From the NCBI GenBank assembly GCA_964546235.1, contig CAZJJA010000001.1:1-62980 (forward strand): a stretch of DNA of 62,980 nucleotides, written 5' to 3'. A program made the position numbers and the translations under genes. The number at the start of each line of letters is the position of its first letter. Positions within the stretch are counted from its first letter, which is position 1. Under the pieces are notes generated by a model. That model made no database searches. It was not told where the DNA came from and saw nothing but the letters and a program-made list of their open reading frames with translations. Shown here one piece after another: positions 27,204 through 36,808 of the stretch. The DNA comes from an uncultured Thermofilaceae archaeon (GTDB taxonomy: Archaea; Thermoproteota; Thermoprotei; Thermofilales; Thermofilaceae).

Positions 27204-28421
27204 ATGGAGTACGTTAAGCGGGTATACGATGCTATTCACGGTTTCATCCGTCTAACAGACATCGAAGTCAAGGTTATAGACACATGTATCTTTCAGCGGT
27301 TGAGACGAATAAGGCAGCTGGGACCAGCGGAATATGTGTATCCTTCGGCTACTCATACGCGTTTTTCCCACTCTCTCGGCACTCTATTTTTAGCCAACCT
27401 CATGCTTGAACATCTAAACATTAATGACAGTACAACAGTACAATCTGTTAGACTTGCAGCACTGCTTCATGATATAGGCCATTTCCCCTTTTCTCACGCA
27501 GTAGAGCCTGTAAGTCACGAAAAAGTCACTCGTACATTGATACGAAATTATTTGGTTGACGTTTTGTCCGACTATACAGATGATATAATTAAGCTTTTAG
27601 ACAGGAGACATCGATTTTATGGCATTGTTTCTTCCGAAGTTGATGCAGATAGGTTAGACTATCTTGTTAGAGACGCGTATTTTACCGGGTTAAAATATGG
27701 GATGATAGATGTTGAGAAAATAATTGAGTCTTTAACGCTTGTCGACTATATGGGAAGAGAAGTTCTCGCATTCAAAAGTGACTCGGAAATAGCTATCGAA
27801 AATCTACTGATCAGCAGGTACCATATGTTTCGGAGAGTCTATTATCACAACGTGGTCTCAGGTTTTGAAGCATTGTTGTCTAAAATCTACGAACAACTCG
27901 TCCATGACAATTTTTTGCCATCACTTGATGTACTCTTAAATGATAAAGAGAGATGGTGTACATTTGATGATTGCAAGTTTTTAGAAATCTTACGTAAGGC
28001 AAAAAGAGAGAGCGAAAACATCTGGCTCAGGGAGGCTAGCAAATTGTTTCTCGAAAGGATTCCTTTGAAAATGATTGTGGAAATACCCATTTATGGGAAG
28101 GGATATATAAATGAAAATTACGCGAAAATATATGCTTTATGGAAAAAGGGGGAATTGGAAGATTACCTTGCAGATAAAGCAGATGTTCCTCGAGAGTGGA
28201 TAATAGTATACAAACCACGGGTTGCTGTAGTCAAAAGGCCAGGGGAATTGCTTGTTGTGAATGAAAACGGTAAGGTTGAAAGGATAGGGTCGCGCCACGA
28301 CAGAATAATTGACAGAATCATGAAGCTTTTCTATTCACCACTAAGGATTTATACAGACCCCAGACATAGAGACAGAGTAAAAACTGCGATAAACAAAATG
28401 ATTAACAACTCGCCCTCTTGA
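27204..28421 (+). CDS. HD-domain phosphohydrolase (dNTP triphosphohydrolase/SAMHD1-like)
   Basis: 405 aa with RFSHSLGT, LLHDIGHFPFSH and DADRLDYLVRD. Confidence 0.8.
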   Translation: MEYVKRVYDAIHGFIRLTDIEVKVIDTCIFQRLRRIRQLGPAEYVYPSATHTRFSHSLGTLFLANLMLEHLNINDSTTVQSVRLAALLHDIGHFPFSHAVEPVSHEKVTRTLIRNYLVDVLSDYTDDIIKLLDRRHRFYGIVSSEVDADRLDYLVRDAYFTGLKYGMIDVEKIIESLTLVDYMGREVLAFKSDSEIAIENLLISRYHMFRRVYYHNVVSGFEALLSKIYEQLVHDNFLPSLDVLLNDKERWCTFDDCKFLEILRKAKRESENIWLREASKLFLERIPLKMIVEIPIYGKGYINENYAKIYALWKKGELEDYLADKADVPREWIIVYKPRVAVVKRPGELLVVNENGKVERIGSRHDRIIDRIMKLFYSPLRIYTDPRHRDRVKTAINKMINNSPS

Positions 28422-29952
28422 TGCGAGGCTTGGAAGGCACGGCTATTATTTTCCAAGGTAATTCACCGTCAATATAGCCTAGATATCTTTCAACGTTGAA
28501 GCCTGTCTTCCGTAATGCTTTTCGCCAGCCACCAAGAGTCCCACCTTCAAGGGCCCATTGTAGTAGAAACCCACTCAACTGTCTATCACCCCTGGAAATT
28601 ACTGTCTGGATCATAGCCCACCGTGGATCATATTCTCTCACGTCGGCTAGACCCCTCAATTTCTTTTTTATGTACATTATCCTCTTTCTAGCTTCATCTA
28701 GACCTATCCAAGGAATACGCTCTAGAGGTGTATGCGGTTTAGGAACGAGGGGGCTAACTGTTATCTTCAGCTCACGAACGCCCTTAAACCCGCTATACTC
28801 GGATACTCTCCTAATATACTCTACGGTCCTGTCAAGATCCTCTAATGTCTCTCCAGGCAGACCGACCATAAAATACATTTTCAGTCCACTAAAGCCTTTC
28901 TTTTTCGCCATCTTGGCAACCTCGATAGCCACGTCTTCTCTTATAAGCTTCCTAATGTACAGAGCGAGCCTGAAAGATCCGGTCTCTGGCGCTATGGTCA
29001 CTGTCTTCTGTCCAGCCTTCTTCATCAAGTCAAGCCTATGCTCATTAAGCGTCTCAGCTCGTAACGAAGGTATTGAAACCTTGAATCCTCTAGAAACGAG
29101 CTCTTCTAGTATTCTGTCCGACATATTATGGTCAAAAAAGGACAAACTAACAATGCTGACTTTATCGGTCATGTTTAATCTTCGTCCTCCTTCTGCTATT
29201 CTCAATATTTGTTCAAGACACCGTTCTCTCATATAACTGAATATATGTCCCTCCATACAGAAACTGCACATTCTAAAACATCCTCTTGAAGCTTCGATTA
29301 ATGTAGCATCAATCCATCCCCTCTTTCTTTCAGCCGGTCTAAATTGAGCTATAGGGTGAAATTTTTCATCAAGATTCTCCGCATAGTTGATAAAAACTCT
29401 CTCCGACACAGAAATGCTAGGCACATAGAACCCTTTGCTCGGGGGCAAACTTTCAAGCAATCCTATCGGATTGTCGATGTACTCAAAGAATTTCTCCATA
29501 AAGAACGGCATTATGCTCTCTATCTCTCCAGCTACCAATACATCTATGAATTTAGACACAGGTATAGGATTTGATATAATTGGAGGCCCCCCTGCAATAA
29601 CTATAGGCTTACCCTTTCTTTTCTCCGAAAAAGGGCTTATCCCACCTTTTATAAACATTTTTAAAATATTAACTAGATCCGGTTCGTAATGGACAGAAAC
29701 CACAACAAGGTCAAAATCTTTCAGAGACGATCCCGTCTCAATACTATAAATTCCCGGCTGGTAGAAGTCATCAGACAGTACAAACCGCTCTGCATACACT
29801 TCCCTATACGAGTTTAGAAAATAGTACAACATCTGATATGCAAGAGAACTTGCAGCAACCTCATAGTATGAGGGATATAGCAAGGCAACTCTAATAGTAT
29901 CTTTACCTACATTTTTCTTTACAACGTTTATTTCCTTTAGACGCGTCCTCAT
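28402..29952 (-). CDS. Radical SAM enzyme with N-terminal B12-binding-like domain
   Basis: ASRGCFRMCSFCMEG (CxxxCxxC). Trimmed to MRTRLKEINVVKK, since the first 24 codons of the ORF look non-coding. Overlaps the HD gene 3' end by 20 nt (convergent). Confidence 0.8.
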   Translation of the reverse strand: MRTRLKEINVVKKNVGKDTIRVALLYPSYYEVAASSLAYQMLYYFLNSYREVYAERFVLSDDFYQPGIYSIETGSSLKDFDLVVVSVHYEPDLVNILKMFIKGGISPFSEKRKGKPIVIAGGPPIISNPIPVSKFIDVLVAGEIESIMPFFMEKFFEYIDNPIGLLESLPPSKGFYVPSISVSERVFINYAENLDEKFHPIAQFRPAERKRGWIDATLIEASRGCFRMCSFCMEGHIFSYMRERCLEQILRIAEGGRRLNMTDKVSIVSLSFFDHNMSDRILEELVSRGFKVSIPSLRAETLNEHRLDLMKKAGQKTVTIAPETGSFRLALYIRKLIREDVAIEVAKMAKKKGFSGLKMYFMVGLPGETLEDLDRTVEYIRRVSEYSGFKGVRELKITVSPLVPKPHTPLERIPWIGLDEARKRIMYIKKKLRGLADVREYDPRWAMIQTVISRGDRQLSGFLLQWALEGGTLGGWRKALRKTGFNVERYLGYIDGELPWKIIAVPSKPRIKRASC

Positions 29953-29971
29953 ACAATATGTCTGGAAAAAA

Positions 29972-30748
29972 TTGAAATGGAACAGTATATATCTTTGTAC
30001 ACAGAGAGGAATGTTTAAAAACATCTCCCTTACAGGATTACTTCAAGATTTTGTTAACGAACGTTACAGTATGATACTATTTGTTGGAGAAAACATTTTT
30101 ATCGAAGAAATTTTTATAGAAAACACTCTAAAATTCATGCTAAATTCAAATAAAAAAATTATTTATATTGATAAAATACATAATTTTATCAGAAAAAATT
30201 TCTATATCAATGAAAAAGAAATCTTCAAATTAACCAAAGAATATTATATGATGAAAAATAAACAAAAGAATCGACAAATAATTTTAAATTACATAAAAGA
30301 GTTCTCCAACTACGATATATATACTATTTCTAAGATCACTCTGAGCGAAAATTCCTCAAGAGCATTACTTGCGTCGACGATACTCTCTTTATACAATGCT
30401 TTGGTAAAAGAGATGTCTTCTTATGTTGACTCAGATACTTTAGATATAATATATCATGCAGCTCTAAGAGAACGTATTTGTGTGGACTGTATAAAGATTG
30501 TTAGAAAAGATCAGTTAGAATATACAGATTTATTTATGATAAAATCTAAATATATTTTATTTTTAAACAAATATAATAAGAATTTAGAAAAAGTTAAGAA
30601 TAACATAGTGTGTATTTTTTATGATACATTAAAAGAAAACATTAAGACAAAATATCACATTAAGAAAAGAGCTGACAAAATTATTATCTTATTTCCAGAA
30701 AAAACCGAGGAAATAACAATCGATAAATTTCTCACAAACCAAACATAG
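29972..30748 (+). CDS. Hypothetical protein, extremely AT-rich, no recognised domain (start uncertain)
   Basis: 258-aa ORF rich in K/N/I/Y. No antisense alternative. No motif recognised. Confidence 0.4.
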   Translation: MKWNSIYLCTQRGMFKNISLTGLLQDFVNERYSMILFVGENIFIEEIFIENTLKFMLNSNKKIIYIDKIHNFIRKNFYINEKEIFKLTKEYYMMKNKQKNRQIILNYIKEFSNYDIYTISKITLSENSSRALLASTILSLYNALVKEMSSYVDSDTLDIIYHAALRERICVDCIKIVRKDQLEYTDLFMIKSKYILFLNKYNKNLEKVKNNIVCIFYDTLKENIKTKYHIKKRADKIIILFPEKTEEITIDKFLTNQT

Positions 30749-30754
30749 GCAACA

Positions 30755-30762
30755 TTTTTATC
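30755..30762 (+). promoter_or_regulatory. TATA-like box upstream of the tRNA-like 5' module
   Basis: TTTTTATC, with 24 nt between the box and GGGCCCG at 30787. Confidence 0.35.
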
Positions 30763-30786
30763 ACTAACATTCAACCTTGAAAATGA

Positions 30787-30862
30787 GGGCCCGTGGCCTA
30801 GAGGATATGGCGGCGGCCACCTTCAACTAGAAGGCCGCAGTTCGGAAGGGCTCCCACCCCCC
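30787..30862 (+). ncRNA. tRNA-like 5' module (acceptor 5' strand + D arm) fused to a non-tRNA GC-rich tail; no T arm
   Basis: GGGCCCG-U-G-GCCU-AGAGGAUA-UGGC-G, then hairpin GCGGCC-ACCUUCAACUAGAA-GGCCGC, then AGUUCGGAAGGGCUCCCACCCCCC. 76 nt in total. No CGGGCCC partner strand. Confidence 0.35.
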
Positions 30863-30871
30863 AATTTATAT

Positions 30872-31090
30872 TTATGGAACTTCTAAGAGAGGCTTTACTA
30901 CACGTAATATATCGTTTAATATAGATTTAGCGATAAATGGATTGTCAGCGTCAACTGTATAGACTATTTTACCTCCTTCATAACGAGAACCAAGAACAAC
31001 TTTATCATCAATATAATCGTCAGCTCTTAATGCCTGATAAACTTCTCGCGACGCCTCGATTAGTAGTGTTATCCTAATCTTCATGATCAA
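30872..31090 (-). CDS. Possible KEOPS subunit Pcc1-like small protein
   Basis: 72 aa. The pattern ITLLIEASREVYQALRAD...IVYTVDADNPFIAKSILNDILRVVKPL fits the Pcc1/CTAG family layout. Kae1/Bud32 lie 2 kb away. Confidence 0.4.
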   Translation of the reverse strand: MIMKIRITLLIEASREVYQALRADDYIDDKVVLGSRYEGGKIVYTVDADNPFIAKSILNDILRVVKPLLEVP

Positions 31091-31092
31091 TT

Positions 31093-32541
31093 CTACAAAT
31101 ATTCGTATAGTTTCTGTATTTTGTTTTTCTCAATAAATATTCCCCCCGCTGCTGGGTGTCCTCCACCCGTGCCGCCAATTTTTTGGGATAAATCATACAG
31201 TAGTCTACCGACGTCTATTTCATCAACAAGTCTTCTAAATGATATCTTCACATACTCTTCATCAAATGAGGTTAAAACTCCAATAATTTTGACCCTTTCT
31301 CTATATTTGCTCGGTATTAGAACTGAGAGCATAGAAGCTAGGGGTCCTGTAAACTTTGGGGGAATCATCTCGTCTAGGTTGAGAATCAGGCTGTTTTTTC
31401 CCATAAAGGCTAATTTATCCATGTTATCCAGTACAGTGCTTATAGCTTTAGATAGTTTACGTCTATATTCCCTCAGCGCGTCTAGAGCTCTAACAAAATA
31501 TTGTCCTCTAATGCCGATGTTCAGTGCAACCGCTGTCTCATAATATTCCATCCTACCCAATGCGTTCAACATGTATGCATATTCCCTGAGATCTCTCAAT
31601 GGACTCGTTGGAGGTTCTTTCGTCAGATAATAGCTGTAACCAAATATTCTTTCGGCTTCGTGCAAAGGCACACCATTCGTGAGAAGGTATTTTATTAGTT
31701 CTGTTGCGAGCGTTTTTATCTCTTCGAGTGAAAGAGATTTATAGTCTCTTAGTTTATCTCCTTGTTTAGGCTCTATATTGATTTTTTTCAAAAAATTATA
31801 ACATGCTGCCTCGTTTCCAGATAGCCCTGGGATATATGGATCCATCGTATACGCTAGTGCTCTAACAAGAGGACGGTGAGATATACCAAACAGTCTTAAA
31901 CCTAGATATTCTTCTACAATGCCGTAGGATTTTGCCTCCACAAGAATATCCTTGTTTAATCCGGAAAGCGAAAATTTTGGTCCATTATCCTGTCTATCCC
32001 CTAGGGCACCCACTAGAGCTAAATGGACAAAGCTCCTAGCAATGTAAGAGTTTTCTTTGAAAAACATGTATACTAGCCCCGAAGCACTTATCTCTGTAGA
32101 AGCATCTACTCCATGTTTATACGGATTTATCTCAAGCACTTTATCCGACTTTATCTCTCCCTGGGGAATATGATGATCAAATATAACTACCTGTTTGTTA
32201 CTCATTCTTTCCAAGAGAAAATCCTTATACCCACTACCTAGATCCACCAATATTATCGTGTCATAATCCTTTAGAGAAATTTTATCCAGAACTACTGGAT
32301 AAATTTGCTCAACAAACTTTACTTGAAAAGAAGCTCCTTTTTCCACTAGGTATTTTATGAAAAGTGACACAGCAGATAAGCCGTCTGCATCATAGTGTGA
32401 AATCACTAAAATATTGTCTCTATTTTTTATCGCATTACCTATAATTTTATCCGCTTTTATAAAAAGAGCTCTAAGTCCCTCAACATTCGACATAGACTCC
32501 ACAAATAAAGATAGAAAACCAAAGATATAATTAGCCGTCAC
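31093..32541 (-). CDS. DHH-family phosphoesterase, RecJ/Cdc45(GAN)-like (alternative start 32493)
   Basis: DHH motifs VISHYDADGLSA and VIFDHH, and DHHA1 motif GGGHPAAGG. Confidence 0.75.
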   Translation of the reverse strand: MTANYIFGFLSLFVESMSNVEGLRALFIKADKIIGNAIKNRDNILVISHYDADGLSAVSLFIKYLVEKGASFQVKFVEQIYPVVLDKISLKDYDTIILVDLGSGYKDFLLERMSNKQVVIFDHHIPQGEIKSDKVLEINPYKHGVDASTEISASGLVYMFFKENSYIARSFVHLALVGALGDRQDNGPKFSLSGLNKDILVEAKSYGIVEEYLGLRLFGISHRPLVRALAYTMDPYIPGLSGNEAACYNFLKKINIEPKQGDKLRDYKSLSLEEIKTLATELIKYLLTNGVPLHEAERIFGYSYYLTKEPPTSPLRDLREYAYMLNALGRMEYYETAVALNIGIRGQYFVRALDALREYRRKLSKAISTVLDNMDKLAFMGKNSLILNLDEMIPPKFTGPLASMLSVLIPSKYRERVKIIGVLTSFDEEYVKISFRRLVDEIDVGRLLYDLSQKIGGTGGGHPAAGGIFIEKNKIQKLYEYL

Positions 32542-32987
32542 TAGACGTATATAGCCATCTTCTCTGGCTCGTACTTCCAGTCAGGCGGAAGAATACCCTT
32601 CCTCTTATAATACCTTGATAGCTTGTAGATCTTACTTTCAATTAGCTGCAAACCTCTCTTAGAATGATAGTCCTTTGGATGTTCCTCTAAATGCCTTCTT
32701 ATACGTATCGCCCTTCTAATGAGATTATAGAGATCCTCTGGTATCTCTGGAGCCATTCCCCTCTCTTTCAGTATCCTAAGCATCTTTTTGCCAGTTATCG
32801 CTTTAACCAAAGGAATACCATATTGGTCGCGAAGAATAATCCCGATCATAGACAAAGAATATCCTTTCTTATAGAGGTTGACAACAAGCTCTTCTACCTT
32901 CTCGGGAGGCATGTCAATCCATTCCGGCTTCACTATTTTCGGGGGGCGTGTTGAATGAGATTTACCTCGCTCTTTTGACTTCCTCAT
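32541..32987 (-). CDS. rps15: 30S ribosomal protein S15 (uS15/S13e)
   Basis: 148 aa. [16 protein letters not shown]... with C-terminal [15 protein letters not shown]. Confidence 0.9.
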   Translation of the reverse strand: MRKSKERGKSHSTRPPKIVKPEWIDMPPEKVEELVVNLYKKGYSLSMIGIILRDQYGIPLVKAITGKKMLRILKERGMAPEIPEDLYNLIRRAIRIRRHLEEHPKDYHSKRGLQLIESKIYKLSRYYKRKGILPPDWKYEPEKMAIYV

Positions 32988-33039
32988 TACTATCTCCTTT
33001 TGCGTAAGACATAAAATTCTATTTAAGTTTTTGCTACGC

Positions 33040-33756
33040 TCACATCTTCCAATAAGTTTTCCTACGCTCCTTCACGTATCTTCCTCTGCTTCTAATATCT
33101 TTCACTTTTTCTAGCACTTTTTCGGTTTCCTGTCTCCCTCTGACACTTTTATAGCCTTCGAGAAACTCTGTGAAGAACTCTGATGAACGATTCGGGTGTG
33201 TACTTTCTAGGGCTCGTAGGAAAAGGTGGAGGTCGACGCCCCTGTCTTCATTTTTTGTTGAGAAAAAGCTTAGTCCAAAGTCTATCAAGACGGGCTCTTT
33301 TGTTTCCTCTCTGATTATAACATTGCTTGTTGTGAGATCTCCATGTATTATTCCATGACTATGTAGCAACCCAACATTCTTGCCCAATTCGAGAAAATAT
33401 TCCTTTACATAATGGTCATTATTCTCGATTGTCTTCTTTAACTTCTCGCCACGCACATATTCAACTAATATGAGACCATCTTCAACCGCAACAAAGACTA
33501 CTTGGGGCACAGATACCCCGATAAGATAACTTTTAGATAAAACACGGGTCTCCAAGACTGTCCTCGATTCGCGTAAATATCTGTCAAGCTCTTTGTGTCT
33601 ATAATTCTTTGGTACGCGAAACTTTGCTACTACCGTTTCTCCAGCATATATACCTTTTATCAAAACTGCCTCTGCGCCCACACTTAGAATTTCCGGGTTT
33701 TCTAGCCCAATAACATCCTTTAGATGCGCTAAAGCTCTTGCAGCTATTCCCTCCAT
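33040..33756 (-). CDS. bud32: KEOPS kinase/ATPase Bud32 (PRPK)
   Basis: RIO-like kinase fold with [10 protein letters not shown] and LIDFGLS. Start set at the second Met. Overlaps the kae1 3' end. Confidence 0.8.
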   Translation of the reverse strand: MEGIAARALAHLKDVIGLENPEILSVGAEAVLIKGIYAGETVVAKFRVPKNYRHKELDRYLRESRTVLETRVLSKSYLIGVSVPQVVFVAVEDGLILVEYVRGEKLKKTIENNDHYVKEYFLELGKNVGLLHSHGIIHGDLTTSNVIIREETKEPVLIDFGLSFFSTKNEDRGVDLHLFLRALESTHPNRSSEFFTEFLEGYKSVRGRQETEKVLEKVKDIRSRGRYVKERRKTYWKM

Positions 33757-34733
33757 AGTATATCGACCTCGTCTATCCTCCACATAGGCCTAATGGAGCT
33801 CTCCTCCACGTCAATAACTATGTTTTTTGCGAAAGCTAGAGCTCCCGTGTAGGCTATCATTGCTCCGTTATCTCCAGCATATTCGGGGCTAACTGGCTTA
33901 TACTTTATCCCACGGTCTTGTGCCATAATCTGTAGTTTCTTATTTAATATCTTGCTTCTTGCCACTCCTCCAGTAAGTGTCAGTTCATTTTTACCTATAT
34001 GGGCAACAGCCCTTTCTGCCACTTCGACCAGCATAGAGTAGGCGTTTTCCACTAAACTTAGGCATATGTCTTCTAGGCTGTATTTTTTCTCCTTGTATAC
34101 TCTTAGAGCATACGTTAAAAGCCCTGAGTATGAAAGGTCCTGTCCCTTAACGATATATGGCATGCGTATGTATCTTTTTCCTTTAAGAGCGAGTTCTTCT
34201 ACTTTTGGAACACCCGGATGACTCAATCCCACTTCTCTTGCAAACGTGTCTAGACAGTTGCCCAGAGGCATATCCAGTGTCTCGCCGAAGACCCTGTATC
34301 TACCTTCGACGAGAGTTACGATCATTGTATTTCCGCCAGCAACATATACTATAATGGGGTCATGAAAACCCGTAGTCAACCTCGAAATCTCTACATGAGC
34401 AACGGCATGATTTACAGGCACCAGAGGTTTCCTATACCTTAACGACAAGTATCTGGCTAGAGTTGCTCCAACTCTCAAACAGGGCCCCATTCCTGGTCCC
34501 AACGCTACTGCCACACCGTCGATTCTATCAAACCCTATTCCAGCCTCCTTTAGTGCCCTTTTCAGAATATCCACAGCCACCTTACTGTGGTGTTCAGCCG
34601 CTTCAGTGGGCTTTATACCGCCACCCACAGGAACGTATGTATCATTAACGTTGGCCAGAATATCTCCCTTATCCGTAGCTATGCCTACTCCAAAAGTGTG
34701 TGCAGTACTCTCAATACCTAGTACAACAACCAT
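33744..34733 (-). CDS. kae1: tRNA N6-adenosine threonylcarbamoyltransferase Kae1
   Basis: 329 aa with LGIESTAHTFGVG, HHSK, NHAVAHVE and GDNGAMIA. Confidence 0.9.
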   Translation of the reverse strand: MVVVLGIESTAHTFGVGIATDKGDILANVNDTYVPVGGGIKPTEAAEHHSKVAVDILKRALKEAGIGFDRIDGVAVALGPGMGPCLRVGATLARYLSLRYRKPLVPVNHAVAHVEISRLTTGFHDPIIVYVAGGNTMIVTLVEGRYRVFGETLDMPLGNCLDTFAREVGLSHPGVPKVEELALKGKRYIRMPYIVKGQDLSYSGLLTYALRVYKEKKYSLEDICLSLVENAYSMLVEVAERAVAHIGKNELTLTGGVARSKILNKKLQIMAQDRGIKYKPVSPEYAGDNGAMIAYTGALAFAKNIVIDVEESSIRPMWRIDEVDILWRE

Positions 34734-34770
34734 TTCAGATTACACTAAGAATGTGCAAGAAAATATTGTT

Positions 34771-34932
34771 TTAGCCGACGAACTCTGTATAGCCGCACTT
34801 TCCGCAATGCCATCTCTCAACAGGTTTCAAGTGGTGTGCCATTATAGATCCGCAACGGGGACATTTTTTGTTCTTTAACTTTATCTTCCCAGTCTTGTAG
34901 TCATACTCATACAGCTTGTGAACATGAGCCAT
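34771..34932 (-). CDS. rps27ae: 30S ribosomal protein S27ae (eS31)
   Basis: 53-aa ORF absent from the track. [53 protein letters not shown]. Lies directly downstream of rps24e. Confidence 0.85.
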   Translation of the reverse strand: MAHVHKLYEYDYKTGKIKLKNKKCPRCGSIMAHHLKPVERWHCGKCGYTEFVG

Positions 34933-34934
34933 AC

Positions 34935-35237
34935 TCACTCACCTTTTTCTTCACCAAAATTTTTCTTTATAACATGTTCTGGCTCTATTTTTCTTAATCT
35001 CTCTTCCGAGGAATATATATAGATCAAAGCTGTAGAAAAGTTCAGCCCATACTCTGTTTCAAGCTTCCTGACAATCACAAGGTTTACAGGCACTTTTAGC
35101 ATCTCGGCAATCTTCTCACGTATCTCGCTTCGCGTCGGCGTCCCGCTACCGAAATGGTCTATCTCGACCGTCAGTTCACGCCTCTCCACAAGCTTGTTAT
35201 CCCTGTCACTTATGATCTTCAACTCACGTATCACCAT
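34935..35237 (-). CDS. rps24e: 30S ribosomal protein S24e
   Basis: 100 aa. [32 protein letters not shown]. Confidence 0.9.
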   Translation of the reverse strand: MVIRELKIISDRDNKLVERRELTVEIDHFGSGTPTRSEIREKIAEMLKVPVNLVIVRKLETEYGLNFSTALIYIYSSEERLRKIEPEHVIKKNFGEEKGE

Positions 35238-35405
35238 AGCAACGAATACAACACCCTAAATTATATATTTTTAAGTCTTCAACAAAAAGGACCAAACGGT
35301 CTTCGAGTAACAATATGCAACTACCAATAGGGAACTTATCAAAAATACTCCTCTCGCATAAAAAATAAATTAATCCAATGTTCTTTCTAGAATTAGCCGA
35401 CAATT

Positions 35406-35480
35406 GGGCCCGTAGTCTAGTGGAAGGATGCCGCCCTGACACGGCGGTGGTCCCGGGTTCGAGTCCCGGCGGGCCCACCA
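35406..35480 (+). tRNA. tRNA-Val(GAC), no intron, CCA encoded
   Basis: GGGCCCG-UA-GUCU-AGUGGAA-GGAU-G-CCGCC-CUGACAC-GGCGG-UGGUC-CCGGG-UUCGAGU-CCCGG-CGGGCCC-A-CCA. Confidence 0.9.
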
Positions 35481-35713
35481 TTTCTATGTTATTGTTGATA
35501 ATTGTTTGTATATTTCTTCTAGAATTATCTGTTCGTTAGATATTTTGTTTTTGTATTTTTCTGTTTTTTGTGTATGATTTATGCGTTTTAGCTGGCTATT
35601 GATCGTGTGAATGACATATAGTTTTTTTATTTTTAGTTGGAATTGTCTTATTATATTCATCTTCCCAATAGTTATTGGTAACTGTTTAAAAGGATGTACT
35701 GTGGGTGATTTAA

Positions 35714-36772
35714 TTGGAGGGTGTTGTTGTTTTTGATGAAAAGTTTTTTGATATAGCCTTTACACCTTTTTCGTTAAGAGATGCATGGACTAGCCGTGTT
35801 AGGATTTTTATGGAAAAGTTTTTTCCCTTACTTAGGAAATCGAGAAAAATTAAGTTAGTTGATGTTAAAAGTTTTGGTGACGATATTCTTCTTTTGGCGC
35901 ATGAGAGCCGGTATGTCGAGTTTGTTAAAGAGATGTCTCGTGTTGGTAAGGGTTTTTTGGACTATGGAGATACACCAGCATATCCTGGCGTGTTTGAGGA
36001 CGCTCTATTTGCTGTTTCGGGAACTTTGACTCTTGCAGATTTTGTGTTAGCTGGAGAAAAAATTGTTGGGTTTAACCCTCAGGGAGGTTTTCACCATGCA
36101 CGTAGTAGCTCAGCAGGAGGATTCTGTGTTTTCAATGATCTCGCGATCGCTGTAAGATATCTGAGGAAAAATGGTATCAAAAGAATCGCTGTCGTGGATA
36201 TAGATGCACATCATGGCGATGGTACAGAAGAAATACTTTATAGAGAAGATGTTTTAAAGATAAGTATACACGGCTACGGGTATGGCTTTTACCCAGGTAC
36301 TGGGTGGATCGACGAGTTAGGAGAAAATGGGGGATATTGTTACAACATTAACATTCCCGTACCTCTCAGCTCTGGTGACGACATCTTTAAACTAGCAGTG
36401 AGTGAGATAATTATACCTGTTTTGTCAAGGTATAAACCAGAAGTACTTATCGTTCAAAACGGTGCGGACGGACATATGGGCGATCCTCTTGTAGGACTTA
36501 ACTACAGTGATAACTCTTATACATTATTTGGAGAAATTTTACGCGGGTTTGCGGAAAAAGGTGTCCCTATTATTTTAACTGGTGGTGGAGGTTATGTCCC
36601 GCAGGAAACAGCCAGAATATGGGCTTTAGTAATTACTAAAGCATTAGGACTAGATATTCCCGAACTAAGACCTCGTGAAGATGAAACCGTTTCAACGCAC
36701 AAAATAATGAGTATAGTGAAGGATCGTGTCTATTATCTAAAAGGTATGCTTGAAAACTGTGAGAAAATTTAA
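35714..36772 (+). CDS. Histone deacetylase-family enzyme (acetoin utilisation/acetylpolyamine amidohydrolase-like)
   Basis: 352 aa with GGFHHA, DIDAHHGDGT and GGGGY motifs. TTG start. Confidence 0.85.
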   Translation: MEGVVVFDEKFFDIAFTPFSLRDAWTSRVRIFMEKFFPLLRKSRKIKLVDVKSFGDDILLLAHESRYVEFVKEMSRVGKGFLDYGDTPAYPGVFEDALFAVSGTLTLADFVLAGEKIVGFNPQGGFHHARSSSAGGFCVFNDLAIAVRYLRKNGIKRIAVVDIDAHHGDGTEEILYREDVLKISIHGYGYGFYPGTGWIDELGENGGYCYNINIPVPLSSGDDIFKLAVSEIIIPVLSRYKPEVLIVQNGADGHMGDPLVGLNYSDNSYTLFGEILRGFAEKGVPIILTGGGGYVPQETARIWALVITKALGLDIPELRPREDETVSTHKIMSIVKDRVYYLKGMLENCEKI

Positions 36773-36808
36773 GTCGATTTACCTATATAGATTGTTTTCA
36801 TTTAATAT

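Noticed and set aside
30787-30862. Reading the loop CUUCAAC as an anticodon loop with UCA (opal suppressor or tRNA-Sec), or as Lys(CUU)/Glu(UUC)
   Set aside because: No 5-bp stem flanks that 7-mer. The alternative registers give C33 or a pyrimidine at position 37. There is no T arm, no long variable arm and no 9/4 acceptor/T geometry. Selenocysteine machinery is not expected in this lineage.
35224-35481. 85-aa minus-strand ORF
   Set aside because: It is antisense to tRNA-Val and the AT-rich spacer.
35481-35713. C/D-like AUGAUUU motif upstream of the HDAC-family gene
   Set aside because: The downstream boxes would be CUGG / UUGAUCG with irregular spacing and no D box. This is not convincing.
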